Positions 25,246-38,918 of a stretch of DNA of 64,000 nt are shown piece by piece (the first letter of the stretch is position 1; each line of letters starts with the position of its first letter). The stretch comes from Camelus dromedarius (taxonomy: Eukaryota). The DNA is taken from the NCBI RefSeq assembly GCF_036321535.1, contig NC_087437.1:25360001-25424000 (forward strand). Reading direction: 5' to 3'. The notes below the pieces were generated by a model. That model saw only the letters and a list, made by a program, of their open reading frames with translations. It was not told the origin of the DNA and did not search any database. Made by a program: the position numbers and the translations under genes.

Positions 25246-27779
25246 TTCTTTAAATACATATATAAAGAAATCTTACAAAACACCTATGGAGTGGAGCCTG
25301 GATTCTTTATATGAAGTGAAAAACATTGAATTTTCACAATTAAAAAACTGAAATAACAGATTTCCTTTCATACATAAAATATTTGTATAGGTAATAGGCA
25401 TATAGAGAGAACTTCATTTTAATCTCTTTAAGATAACATTTTTCCAATCTGGCTATAAAGTGGCAAATGTTTGTCCCAAGACTTTGAACTTCTGGTTCCT
25501 TCTGCCAACTACAATCACTTTTAGTAAATTCAGACTATGAAAAATTTGTAAGATATTAACTACAGCTTATGTATAAATTGCTATATATATCAACCTAAAA
25601 GTCTAACAGGCCTGCAGAGATGGGTTTCTGCTCCAAGATATTGACTCAATCGAAGGGTAGTGGGCAGAGAAGAGAAGTGAAGGAAATTTTTCTTATGAGC
25701 TGTAAAGTCATGCTCCGAGGGACTCAACCTCAAATCCATCTTGCTTCAGTGCATACATAGATTACAACAAATAAAATGAATTAAGTAAATGATAGGGAAT
25801 GTCAAAAAAAATAGTAACACATTTGGCAAAGGATAAACCAATGGCCAAAAATAAACATTTGGCAAAAAATAAATATCAACCTCAGATAAATAAATTAGAT
25901 TTAGGACAAAAAGAGAAAAGAAAAAAAAAATGAGGCATTCTTTGCAGAATAGTTCTTTATGAAAAATACTCTTCTAACTTTTCTATTGCTTCTAACCCAG
26001 ATTTTTCAGATAGGGACCAGAGTTAAAGGAGAGTCTCAGTTGGCTGCAAATAAAATACCTGTGGTTCTCTCACAACGAGGAGTGAAGGTGTCTAGTGACT
26101 AGCGTCTGATACAATGCCAAGGCCAGAGTAGCCAATCAAGAAACATTTACAAAATTAAAAGTGAAATCTGTATCATGTCAAGGAAGAATGCTGCTGCCAA
26201 AAAAATTCAGCCTTTAGCAAGACAATCAGAGAGGCACCAGTACCGGCACTGAAACATCCTTTACCCATAAATTCATTTTACCACAGTTTCCCCAGTGTCT
26301 GGTTCTTTTTTTTTTTTTTCCCCCAAGAGCAAATATGGTTCACACATTTGATTTATTTCTGCTTTGATCAACATGGGTATTTTATAAAGGTCACTAAGGC
26401 CCAAGAGGGTTTTTAAAAAAGACTTGTTTACAAACTATGTAAATAATTATTTTCCTGTAAACTAGTATGATCTTTTTCTTAGCATGAACAGTTTTACTAT
26501 ACACACTACACTTTTTTCTCAAAGGATGCTGAACTCTGAAGTTAACATCTGTCTTTTTCATTAGCTGGTGTACAGGGAGAGAATGTGACACAGAATGCAG
26601 ACTTCCACAGGCAGGAGTCTGACGATACTTGGCGTGTAGGTCTCACAGTCAGGATGGAAAGACGCTACCATTTTTTTCTGAACTCTTGATCATCCAGACT
26701 GCTGCTACCCCATCTCATAAGGCACGAGTTAATGTACTCCTAAAATCTCATGTTACGTAGGAACAGTTACACATGTGGCAATCGTCATAAATTGAATCAA
26801 TTCCTAACTTTAGGGGGAAAAATTAGGAGTCATCTGACTGAAATGCCAGTATCTGGGATTCTACTGCCTCTAGCTTTCACCTTGGACCATGTGCAAGTGA
26901 AGCATGAGTTACAAGCAAGCCAGATGCGAGTACTTCATGTTCTGGTTAGAGAGTAATGTGTCCTCTGGAATTGACGTTGATAATAAAAGAACTGAGGAAT
27001 TCCACAGTCAGCATCTGGAGGAAGCTACGAGAGAGAAAGAGCTACCCAGGGATACGTTTGTTTTCAGTTTTCAGAAGGGGGTGGGGAGCACGTGCTCACA
27101 TTTCTCAAGAGCTGGGTGTGTCTGTGTTTGTTTGAACATGAATAGGAACAGCCGTTAGCATCGGACCATTGGGTGGGGAGGAACTGCTGAGATGCTCTGC
27201 ACCCAGTTTCCACGAATGCAGGGTCAGTGGAGAACTGACCTCATGACAGGGCAGGCACTGCATTTTCTAAACATGAAACAAAAGGTCAGTGTAAAACCAG
27301 AGGAAAATCAGGAGTCTGAGAACTCAGTTACACCAGTAAACTCCCTTGCATTGAAGTCAGAATTGGTCCCACATTCTAGAGCAGAACTGACCCTACAGAT
27401 GGGGTCGGTGTGAGGAGAAGGATGCTTGGGACAGAGGGGAGTCCAGAGCAGAAGGCTGGAATTAACTCCACCCTCAGCTGTTTTCTTTTCTTCCTCTTTG
27501 AATTTCAGATTTCTAATACTTCATCTAGGTCATTCTAAAACTAATAGCACTTTTTAAATGCCAAAGTGCAGCTTGGTATAATGAGTATGCCCAGCCCTGG
27601 TAAGTGGAAAAACTGTCTTTGCAGATCCCCAAGACTTCACCCACACACTCTAATTTTAGGGGAGAAAGACTTGATAGATGACTAAAGAAATGCTAATATT
27701 GGGGTGCTATTTCCTCTGAGTGATTTATCAGAATTCTAGCACCCTCAGGAAATGAAAACTAAAAGAACGGACCTTTCCT

Positions 27780-27960
27780 TCAGTATTTCTGAGGCTGTAC
27801 CACTGTGCTGGGCACTGAAAGAGTGGTGAGCCAGAGGCAAGCTTCTGGACCTTAGCAAGCTTACACTCCAGTAGGGAAGGTAAACATGCCAAGAGGTGGC
27901 TGCAACTATTCTGAGAAGGGAAAGGCAAAGCTCTGGGGGAGCACATAGTCAAGCACCTTG
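27780..27960 (-). mobile_element. L2 3'-end fragment
   Basis: 'cagtatttctgaggctgtaccactgtgctgggcactg...ggaccttagcaagcttacactccagtagggaagg'. Confidence 0.55.
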
Positions 27961-30900
27961 TCTGCAGAGAGAGGCTTGCTCAGTTAGCCAGGGGGATGGA
28001 GAAGGCACAGGAATGGGAGAAGGGACAGGGAAGAGCCTTTCACAAGGAAGGGATGTTTTGTGTGGATGTCTAGCAGCAAGAGAGCCAATGATAACCCTGG
28101 AAGAACTGAGAGTTCAGCTTTCCTAGAACTCCGAGCACCGACAGGCACGGGGAGGATCACAGAAAAGGCTGCAGAATCAGGTGGGACCAAGTCAGGTTCT
28201 AATTTAGGATCTGTGGTGGGGTCTAGGCGTTTGCATTTTCTAAAGCCTTTTCTAACAGTTAAAAGAACTGAGAGTCTGTTCTTCATGAGCTCCTTTCGTG
28301 CCGTGAAATTCTTTCTTTACAGGATTATACCCATGACTCAGTGGCATCTTACAGTCAGCTGCCTTTACCGTCACTACACATCTGTCTGGGCATTGCTGAG
28401 CGACCCAACCAGTCTAGCTGGTGTTTCAGTCCCTGTGGTCCCTAGAGTTCTTACGACAAGACACTTAAGGCCTTCAGTCCCCAGGTTCTACCCACCTATT
28501 TTAACAAGCACCCCCAGCAGATTGTGATGCTGTTATCCACACCATGAAGCACTGGCTCACACGCTGGAAACAGGTTAGTGATATTTTATGTCTTTAAAAG
28601 GAATGTTTATTTTTTGGAAATCTTAATTGTTTTTTTCCACATGCTTTATTTGAAATTTTTAAATGTTGATTGGGGAGAAAAAAGCAAATACAGGATTTTG
28701 AAATTTTCTTTCTCTATTCTAATAACTTTCTCTCTCCAAAAGAAAATTGACTTCTTTTTTTTTTTTCAATTTAAGGGATTGCTTTAGGAATATCACTAAA
28801 ATATTTAGTAAACATTTTCAGTAATAATTTTTTAAAAATCTGTTTTTACCCTTTTCCTAAATTTTTCCCCATGACAGTGAAAACATTTAATCTACTCAGG
28901 AGATTAATTTCATGTAAAGTTTTATGTCTTAAAACTGAATTCGTTTTTTCACTGGCATTGAACACAACATCTGCAAGCCATTAAAAGGAAATTCCTTTGG
29001 AAAGCACTATAGTTTCACTCTACTGAGTGATTTTCATTTGGAATGAAGTCACTCATCCGTTTCATGATGTTCTAAAAGCCGCTATAACTTATACTAATAA
29101 GAATAAATTTTATTTTAGTCAACATATTATAAATCAGTTTTCACAAACTGTTTTTCTAATACTTGGTATAATCTTGAAAGGCTTTGGATGTTAATTTTTA
29201 TATTAAAATTATCTATTTATCATTGTTGTTAAAAGTATCTTTATTTTAAAAAAAACTAAAATAATAAAGGAATTCTTTGAAAAATATTACCCCTTCATGT
29301 CATCAGCTAGAAAATAATCCTGCATCATAACATCCCATGATTCTCCACAGTAAAATAGATTTTACATAGCTATTCAGGGCCTTAAAAAAGGAGCACATGC
29401 AACATATCCTGTTTTCTTGCATATTTCAGAACTAATTTCAGAGTTGTGTAGATTTACACATACATTTACATAATATAATCATACCCCCAGATTATGTTAA
29501 AAGTCACATATATGAAAACCTAACATTCATGCAGCCTGTGTACAATTAATAATATTAAAAAATAGGAAACACTACATTTTAAAAATGTGGTCAACTTTTT
29601 TGAATATTTTTTCCTTGACAAAAAATAGTACTAAAACAAGTAAATTGTTTAAGTGGACCCTTCTTTTTTTGTAAATTTCATCTTAAAATCCTTATATTCC
29701 TACAATCGTGCATTACAATCCTGCTTATATGTGAATTTTGTGCTCCCCTGTATTTGTATACTAACTGGAGACAAGCATGAAGAGAATAAGAGATTTAAGG
29801 AGAAAATGAATTATCCCTCTTTCTTATAATGGCAGAGATAGATCATTTCAAGAGGTCATTTAATAGATTTATAGGAAACTGCTTAACTTTAGGAAGCATT
29901 AACAAATGTTCTAAACCAAAAACTTGCTTACTTGCACAGTACCCAGACACTGTGAAGTCATTTTTGAAATGCTCTGCAGTCTTTGGCTTGTACTCATTTC
30001 ACTGCTCAGGCAGGAGATAATACACATTTTAATTTAGGATTAGGAACTGTGAGGTCAGACTAAGACAAGGGGGAAATGTGATCTCATAATTTGACCTAAT
30101 GGTAATATAAGCAAACACTGACACCCCATTCCAGAAAACATATATTAATTTATTTAAAAATAATTAGAGTCCTTTTTAATCATATTTGGAGTGTTTATAG
30201 CAGAGAAAAAATTTATATGTCACCCATTATGAAAAAGTATAAAAACTCTTATAACTCTTCTACCATGGACCAACAATGACCAATTTTTTTAAAAAAGAAG
30301 TGTTTTATTTCTTACCTAAGTCTTATGAAGAAAAGAATTATTGGACAAACTCTTCTTTATTTTTCCAAGGAGAGAGGAACAAAACAGATTTTATGATAAG
30401 TGAGAAGTGTTTTATTTTACCTAAGAATCTCAGCCTCTCATAACAACACCACCATCTGCTGGAATTTAAGATTATTGCTGAAAGCTTTGTAAGCCCTGGG
30501 TTGCATTTTTACAACTATTGGCCTAAAACGGTTGTTACTGTAATAGTTCTAAACAACACTAAGTGATTATTTCCAAATGGAAGAATTTACTAGTAGTTGC
30601 AAACCCCCCACACCCAAGTCACATAAACTACGGAGAAAAATTAATAAATAGTTTTAATTTCTCCCTCAGTTAATTTTCTGGAGCCCCTTTCCATTTATAA
30701 ATACACAAAATAACCCATTCCTTTAAAAAATAAAAAAGCCATTGACCATTGACTATATGCTAAAAAATATGCCACACAACAAGGACACACAGGTTAAAAA
30801 AGATACTGTCCTCCAGGTCTTGGTCTGCTTGGGGACCCAGCCCTGTAAATAAACAACAGCACTGCAACATGGGAAGTGCTGTCGCAGAGCTGTGGTCAGA

Positions 30901-31905
30901 GCCTTGAGGTTACAACACGGAGCCTTACTCCTCTGACAGGCTGAGGTAACACTTGGATGTACACACTGGGAGGAGGGAGTGTTCCTGAGAAGATGCATAT
31001 CTCAAGTCTTGAACTTTGAGTTGGAATTAGACAAGGCAAGGCCAAGTAAATATGGGAGAGCTTGACAGGTCTCAAGCCAATCAGAAAGAATACCGAAGCA
31101 AAAGCACAGAAGCATGAATTAACCCAGCATACTGGCCTGATGAGGGAACTGCTAGTGATCAGATATCCATTCAGACAGTCCATGCCTGAACTTCAGACAA
31201 CAAATACCGAGTGCCTATTGTGTATCAAGCCCAGCCTCGGGTGTTCTAACATGTTCCAGGGGCTGTGATGGAAAAATGTGCAGAATACAAAGGACCAAAT
31301 AAATGAGTGGCCAGTTTGCCTGGTTAGAGGTTTGCTAAGAAAGGCTTCCTAGGAAAACTCACATTCAGAGCCCTCTTCAGAGGAGTTGAGCTCAGCCAGT
31401 TGTCTGTGCTGGGGAGTGGAATCTTACAGTCACCTTAGTTCAAAGATGTGAAATGTAGCCTGGGTGCATGGATCTTATAGAATCTTTTAATTAATGTAGA
31501 GAGAAAACTCTGCTCCTGGCTTAGCATGTAAAGAACAATATAAGAAGTCCATCTCAGATGGTGTGAAGACACACTCTGGGAGCCTGGAGGCCACTTAAGG
31601 GGATACCCTGACCATCAGCAGCCTTTCCCTGTTACAAGAAGTAAAGACCAGCATTAGATGGGTTTTCATACATCAAGGGTCAAACCAAATCCTCAGAAAT
31701 AAAATGGCTACATACAGAAATTTTAATAAAAGTATAATATTGCTAACATATCGAGTTATCTTTACTAACCCTAGGGTCCTTTCCCAGGCATGTTACATAA
31801 AGTATACAGGAATGTTGACTCAAATCGTAAATTTTATTTCCAAATACATCCCCTTAGGTGTCCTCTAAATATATGTATTTAATTCTATCTAAGAAAAATT
31901 ATGCA

Positions 31906-32027
31906 GGGGGAGGGTGTAGCTCAATAGGTAGAATGCATGCTTAGCACACACAGGTCCTGGGTTCGATCCCCTGTACCTCCATTAAATAAATAAATGAATA
32001 AATAAACCTAATTACCTCCCCTCCCCA
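31906..32027 (+). mobile_element. Camelid tRNA-derived SINE (Vic-1/VicSINE-like) with 12-bp TSD
   Basis: Head 'ggggagggtgtagctcaataggtagaatgcatgcttagc', A box 'tagctcaataggt', B box 'gggttcgatccc', (AAAT)n tail and 'aacctaattacctcccc' end; TSD aaaaattatgca at 31894-31905 and 32028-32039. Confidence 0.9.
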
Positions 32028-34881
32028 AAAAATTATGCATAAAGGCCTAAATTTGCCATCACATATATCTCTGTGAATACTGTCCTTTCATGAGACTCAT
32101 TCTAGCTAGCATTCACGTTCCTTGAAAACAGTGGGGAAAGTTAAACTCGGGTTCTGATTTGTGTTGCACACGTAAAACAATAACTCTTCATGATAAATTT
32201 ACATAATCTGGGGACCAAAAAGCTAAAAAAGATTACATTCTAAAACAGATTACTCAAGCCTTGCCTTCGAAGAAAGGTTCAAAACAATTGAAAGAAAAAT
32301 TAAAAAGGCGTTTAAAATGGAAAGGCTGGATGTTCTTTTTCCCACAGTTTTCCTTTAAGTTTGTGTCTGCCCTTCATGGCTTGAAGAAGCTTACATATCT
32401 CCTTCCATCTCACCAGCAATTTTTGGCCCCTTTTTCTCTGAGCCTCTGCTGGGTTGGAGTTTTCTGTCAGTTTGCAACCAAGTGTAGAGTTGCCATTGTC
32501 AGGGTTAAGAGCAGGAAGTGGGAAGGTGGGGGCCTCCATGCGTGTGGTGTTGGCTGACTTGACCTCTGGGGAAGAGGAAGGCTTGAATCACCCCGGGCTC
32601 TGAAATCACCCCACTCAACTTTATCATTCCAACAAGAGCAGTTAAAGGAAGTATGTCATTAACTACCCCTTTCCTTCACCGTGGGGCAGCAGATATTAGA
32701 AGCATCTGAGACCAAATTCAGACCAGTAATAAATTAACCAGGCTCTCACTACAAAGTAAGACAATAAATAGGAAATAAATGGCTGAAAAGGTTTTCTCAA
32801 GCAGCAGAAATCCAAGAAGGCAGGGTGCACAAAAGAAGAACATAAAGAAGAAAGATACAAAGAAAATACGTGAGGCACCATGGAGGGGCCTGTGAAACAG
32901 AGTCTTTAAAAAAAATACAAAGAAGACCAAAGAAAGAATGAGTCTTGTAAAGGACTCTGGGAAAAGAAAAAAAAAAAAGAACCAAATAAGAAAGGAAAGG
33001 AAAAGTATACACATTCAAAGAGAGAAAAGGAACATTAAAAGATACTGAGCTGTCACGTGAGGCCACAGCACCAGAAAGCTCTTTTTGCCAAGACTTTGAA
33101 AACATAAGAAAGTTTAAAATGTGTTGTCATTAGGCAACAGATTAAAGTTCTGGAAGCCTTTCAGATACACATGCTTTTAAATATCACAATAAATTATGCA
33201 TCTATGACATAGATTGGGATGGCTTGGCTGGCAAGTAATCAATAATTCAAAAACTATGAGCATGAACCTAATCTAAATGGGAGTTTCAAAGTTGGATTCT
33301 GAAAGGATCCCCACCATCAACAAGAAAGACGTGCCCAGCAAACTATTTTTCTTCCCCCAGAAGGAAAAGGAGTAGCTTTAGCACATACTTGTCCTTAGAA
33401 TGCTGGGGTATTTCAGCTGAACATTTTGTGCTAAATTGTCAGATGAATTATTCATGGGTTTTCAAAACTTTTTTTTTTAATTGTAAAATTTCCATCAAGG
33501 CTCTGGAACCATCAGTTACATGACATCTCAGAGATGATTTCCATTTCTTGGAACCATGCCAGTGTGAATGTTGAGCCAGCCCACTGAGGAAAAGGAGCAA
33601 GTGTCTTTAAGCCTAGCAACAGTCAGGATATGACCAGATTTTTTTTTTTTCCTAATATGTTGATGTGTCAACATAAGGAAAATACGGTGACACTAGTAGT
33701 TATTTAGCAGTTTCTATTTCTACTCAAAATATTTTCCTCTAGACTTAAACAGAGTTAAGCTACTGCCAAGTGATGTACAAGGCAATTGCCATGGTTATGT
33801 GAGATGTTGTATAGACTTTAAATCTGACATTTGAAATTGCTTCTAATTGAAGAGCTGCAAGTTGTGGTTTGAATAATAAAGTTTCTGCATGCACAGTCAA
33901 ACTCCTTTCTTGGAAAGCTAGTAAAGAGAAGATACTTTTTTTTCCCACCAAAATTAACCTCTGCTATCCTCTGGAATAACAGCATTCAAACTTAATTTCA
34001 GGCTCAATTTTTTAGCCAATAAAGTGGGAGTCCTATCTTTAAAGAATTTCTTCATCAACTCTCTAAATCAAGTCACAGTCAGAAGGCTTATTTCAAAACC
34101 ATAGGCATAGACTAATAAGGACATTGTAAACTGGCCTTACAACATATTTGCTAAATATGCAAATTAAACCAGTCTCTCCACCCTCACTTTCCCAAACATA
34201 AATCTCTCAGCTTAACTGCTTGAGTGTAGGTATGGTGATTTTCTCCGTGTCTCAATTTCCAGCAGTTAAAATTCCATTTAACTAGGGTATTTTACCTCCT
34301 CAACATTATACTGATGCAATTGCATTACAGAAATTATGTACTAAGGATGCAGTGATTAAAATTGATATTTGACTTAATTACAGGGTACAGTACATGGATA
34401 TCTGAATGTAACTTAATGGAAAACAAGATGTTTTATTTGTATCTTTTATCCTTGCAGGAAACTTGCTTGTTAGTAGCTATTGGGCCCAGTCTCAAGCTAC
34501 TGACTCTCTTCAGGAGGAATAAGGAAGACTGCATAAATGTGAAGTTAATGATGTCATTATCCAGCTAAACACATTAAACGTTTAATATATTCCCTTCTAA
34601 ACAGTGTCTTTCTCAATGTATCACCTTAATTATATTACACCTAACAAAAGTAAACATTCAGTCAGCTGACAAATGTTCACGGCATTATACATCAAAGAGC
34701 AAATAGGTGAAATATGTCAGCATTTTGAGAAGTAAAGAAAGAAGTAGAAAAGCTGTGACTACAAGAGGAAAGCATATTCCCATAATTACATGGCGTTCAA
34801 CTGACAAGTACACCTAGAAGTCATTCTTTCTTCAATGAAAAAAGATCTGGCTCAAGCAATCAGTTATTTATCTCTTTAAAA

Positions 34882-34927
34882 TTTCTTTTCTTTTCTTTTC
34901 TTTCTTTCTTTCTTTTTTTTTTTTTTT
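34882..34927. repeat. (TTTTC)/(TTTC)/poly-T simple repeat
   Basis: Directly visible. Confidence 0.9.
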
Positions 34928-35659
34928 GGTTGTTACAAAGCCACATGCAAAGTAGTGTTTTATATTTAAAATATAATACATTATTTAAAATTCTGGTTAA
35001 TTTCTTCAAATAAATACCTCTAAAACATTCACTGTTTTTAACAACTAAGCCTCTATTAACAGTAATTTGGTTTACAGTTTCAAATTCTGCTTTTTCACTA
35101 AATACATCTATATTCCATTTACCCTAATTTTTGGAGCTCAAAGCAATAATAAATATATTTAAATATGGATTTATCTACATGTGCCCAAAACATTTGATTC
35201 AAATTGATAATATAATTCTTGCAAATTTGAAAGAATTGAACTAGCTTTATCATGGGGAAAAATATGAAAACAGAAAGAGGAACAGGCAACATCATCCAAC
35301 AGGGGTTATGATTCAAATGAAACTTCACTCTGGAAACATATTCAACCATCACTCTTCCACGAGCCACTTAATTCAGTAACTTCAGCTATAAGAAACCATC
35401 TGAGAAAGAGTTTGAAGAACCTAAACAGATGTTAAGTGACCCCGTGCTGATCACGTATTTACTCGTATATAGAAATGAGTCACCCAGTCCATCACACTCA
35501 GTGCATTAGAAGAGGTAACTATAAAAGAGCAGGAAAAGGGAAGATGAGAGGTATGATCACGGGTTCAGCATCAACAAGTAGGGGCGGGGGGTGGGGGTAG
35601 CAAAGGGCTTGACACTGAGGGAGGAAACAGAAACTGAGAAGATTTCAAAAAGTTTCGCC

Positions 35660-35845
35660 AATTCTGAACTCTGGGACTTTGGCCATGGACTAATCATCTC
35701 TCTGGGCCTCAGAATCCTCATTTTACCCCACAGATACCTCACATTAAGTCATAGGATTGCTGAAGAGTAAATGAACTGATATATGTAAAGCACTTGGAAC
35801 AGTGCCCAGAGCATACTGAAAACTCAGTTAAGTGTTAGTTATAGA
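35660..35845 (+). mobile_element. MIR element
   Basis: 'ctctctgggcctcagaatcctcatttt...ataggattgctgaagagtaaatgaactgatatatgtaaagcacttggaacagtgccca...actcagttaagtgttagtt'. Confidence 0.8.
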
Positions 35846-36069
35846 ATGCCTAATGGTCTAAGACCACTGAAAATAGAGGCAAGCAGCCCTGTCTATCCCG
35901 GCAGTTCAAAGGAATGGAGTGCTGATCTTTCCATTGCTTCAAGTTATCACCCCGGCCACTGTGGCTCTTGGAAACTGCAAAACTCTTGCAAAAGAAGGAA
36001 TGAGAAGAGAGTGCGTGCTTTTATGATTTATAATGAGAAATATGTATTTGGTCTTTGGGTCAAGGGAAA

Positions 36070-38915
36070 AGTGATAAGGGTTGCATCAATAAAGACATGA
36101 TATGGGGACCTAGTCCCCTGTTTGTGTCAATTACTTATGCCCTTCAGACTTTTTTGAGCCTCATTGTGAACATGTCACTTCTATCACACAATGAGTTGTT
36201 GCTGTTGCTGCGTGAGTGTATGACTTGGTGGATAAAAACATTTTTATCTTGTGATGGGCATCTCTGGCTGCATAGCTATGTGGTGTCTTATGATCAGGAG
36301 CTTCCTGTCCTACGGTCAGGGAACAGTGACATTCTAGAAGTTATTTTTCAGCTGTAAATATTTCTGTGCTGCAGACGGCAGGGTCTTGAACCCAGAACCC
36401 AAGAAGTGAGGGCCATGACTCTTCTCTTGAAGCTGGAGGAAATTCCACATAGCATCATTGCATACTATGGATATCAGCAATACAACTAGTATTTATGCAA
36501 AGAGAGAAGTGGTTGAGTTAGGGATATCCATGGACTCATGGCACTGATGAATGGCCAGGATAGTGGTCAAAAGTCTGGAAAAGGGATGCATGACTCTTGC
36601 ACTGGGGTTTAAAGAGACTCCATGTAACATCCTTATCTACTCCACAGCATGGCATATGCCAGGGCATATGATCCAAGCAGCAAGGCAGCCTAAACCCACC
36701 ATAACCCTCTTTTGTTCTGGACTTCACTCAAAAATAGCAGTCTTCTTAGTCACTCAGACAGTTGGAGCAGAATGAAGTGGTATGTGTTCTCTTCAAAATC
36801 TAAAGGGACCTACTAAATACTATATTTCTTTCTTAGTGATAGGAGGTCCAAAGTTTAACTTATCCTTTACCTTGGAAGATATGTCTCAGCATGACCCAGA
36901 TCACTTGATCCCTAAAACCTTACTCAGATTGTTAGGCCCTTGACTCTACTGGATTTTCTCCCATACTCTAACACCCATCCAGGTAACTTACAAGTTCTTG
37001 GTTATCAGATCTGATTAATCTGATGTCAGCAGTATACTGGACAGTATGATTTCTGTGGAATGTCCAGATGATCATCCCTTCAAACTCTACTATGATGGAG
37101 AGCAGGAGAATTAACACAGCCCAGAGGCAAGATGGTAAATAGGTACTGCTGTCCATGGACTATGAATGTGAACTGCTTCTGAAACAGGAGTTTCTCATGG
37201 GGACTGATAGCATGTGTTTAGAGGATGAATAGGTACATGCCCAGTGACAGAGTTTGCGTTGATTTGTCTAGTAAAGAACTATGCTCAACTCAGCAGCTAC
37301 AAGTGAGGCTACCACTAGGTTACGTTTACAATAGTCTGCTATCACCTGCCACAAGCTAATTGAGTCTGGTTTTTTCAGAAAGTGTGCAGGTCCATTAAGC
37401 AGCGGTTGGGATCACCATCACTGCATCCTTGAAGTCACTGAGGCTGGCAGTAGTACCTGCCATTCTACTCAGCATGAGTTTAGGATTGCTTAATCCTAAT
37501 GTCGCTTTCAGGGACTTCCAGCTGGCCTTTCCTATTATTACGGTTCTTACTCCACAAGTCAGGAATACAACACTAGAGGTTTGGTTTTTTTTTTTTTCCC
37601 CAGGTGCTAAGTATATCTATCTCAATTAGGCACTTAGATAATGAGGAAATGAACACAGTATAAGGCCATAGAGCCATATTGGGTGCATTATGAAACAGAC
37701 TTGGGTCTTTATTACTGGGCCTTCCTACTTCCTTATTCTACCAGGATTGCCATGAGATAATTTTGGATCCACTGGTGTCAGTTCAGACCCTGTATTCAAC
37801 AGCTCTTTAAAAATCTAGGTATTTCCCTTCCCCCAATGTATAGTTCCTCTGGTAAATGTCCGTAAATATCTTTACAGAAGAACTGGAAGCCCTGCTGTGT
37901 CTTACATGGCTAACTGACCTTCCCTTCAAATGATGGGCCCTGGGCCAGAGAACTGGCTCACATCTGGAAGTTGGGCAATGGATCATGATATTTCCATTGC
38001 AGCATTTTGCTCACCCACTACATTAGTTGTCTACTGCTGTGTAACAAATTACCCACAAACTAACAAATATTTATTATCTCAGAGTCACTGTGGGTCAAGA
38101 GTCTGGGAGTAGCTTAGATGGGAACTTCTGGTTCAGTGTGTCTTACGATGTTGGATAAGACATTGGCCAGAAATTCAGAAATCTGGGGGCTCAACTTGGA
38201 CCAAAGGATCCACTGCTAATTTCACTCACATGGTTATTGGCCACTCTCAGTTTCTTACTGGCTGTTTACAGCATCGCTTGCAGTATATCCACCTCAGGCA
38301 TGGGCTATACATGGTTTTGAGGCAAGGGAAAGCTGTTATCCTCTAGCAAGAGGAATTTCTCTGGGTGCGAGAGCCTTTTTCACTAAGCTACAGGGTCCAC
38401 TTCAAGCTCATCCAGCAACAAACCTATCTCAGGTCACATGGCCTCAGTTCTACCTTACATAGGCAGTTGATGGGTTTGGAATTCACCTTAATTTGTAACT
38501 TTGTCACTGTCATAATCACTAATCTTAAGCACAGTCTGCTTATCAACTACAGGAGATACCATGCCCTGAGTTAACTGACTGATTTGAACTTGTCATTTTC
38601 TTCCTTCAAAACAGTGATGGCATTTAACAACAATTAACACCACAGTCCCTAATCACATTGCCCCAAATCACTCAAATGCTAAAGATATTGCACAACCAAT
38701 GAACTTTCTTTCTCTTGTACCCCATCTTAATTCACTATAGATGAGAGACTTAGTATTTTGTCACAATTATTTAATAATTATGCTGTTTTAACAAGCCAGG
38801 GTTTAACATCATCCTTTATCACCAACAATGGGTTCCTTTTTGCCATGTGGCTGCTAAATATTTAATTCCAAATTCCTATCTTAAGAATCTGCTTCCTTGA
38901 TCCACTTCTGTAACA
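36070..38915 (-). mobile_element. ERV-L internal region (gag-pol remnant) with degenerate tRNA-Leu-type PBS
   Basis: Minus frame 36968-37156 reads HTVQYTADIRLIRSDNQELVSYLD, similar to ERV-L RT TLVHYIDDIMLIGPSEQEVATTLD; 36100-36300 resembles the ERV-L pol tether region; PBS-like 'tgttacagaagtgg' (consensus tggtaccaggagtgg) at about 38902-38915, adjacent to the LTR. Confidence 0.8.
38019..38300 (-). mobile_element. MaLR LTR fragment (MLT1F/G/H-like) nested in the ERV-L
   Basis: 'tacattagttgtctactgctgtgtaacaaattacccac...atttattatctcagagtcactgtgggtcaagagtctgggagtagcttagatggg'. Confidence 0.75.
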
Positions 38916-38918
38916 AAA

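Noticed and set aside
28060..28527. 155-aa ORF, the longest outside L1
   Set aside because: GTG start, no recognisable domain, and it overlaps degenerate repeat-like sequence.
31906..31980. tRNA-like sequence with A and B boxes
   Set aside because: It has an AT-rich tail and a TSD, so it is a SINE rather than a tRNA gene.
32696..33105. Hydrophobic Phe/Leu-rich minus-strand ORFs that look like membrane proteins
   Set aside because: They are the antisense reading of an A-rich low-complexity tract; T-rich strands have few stops and encode F/L/S.
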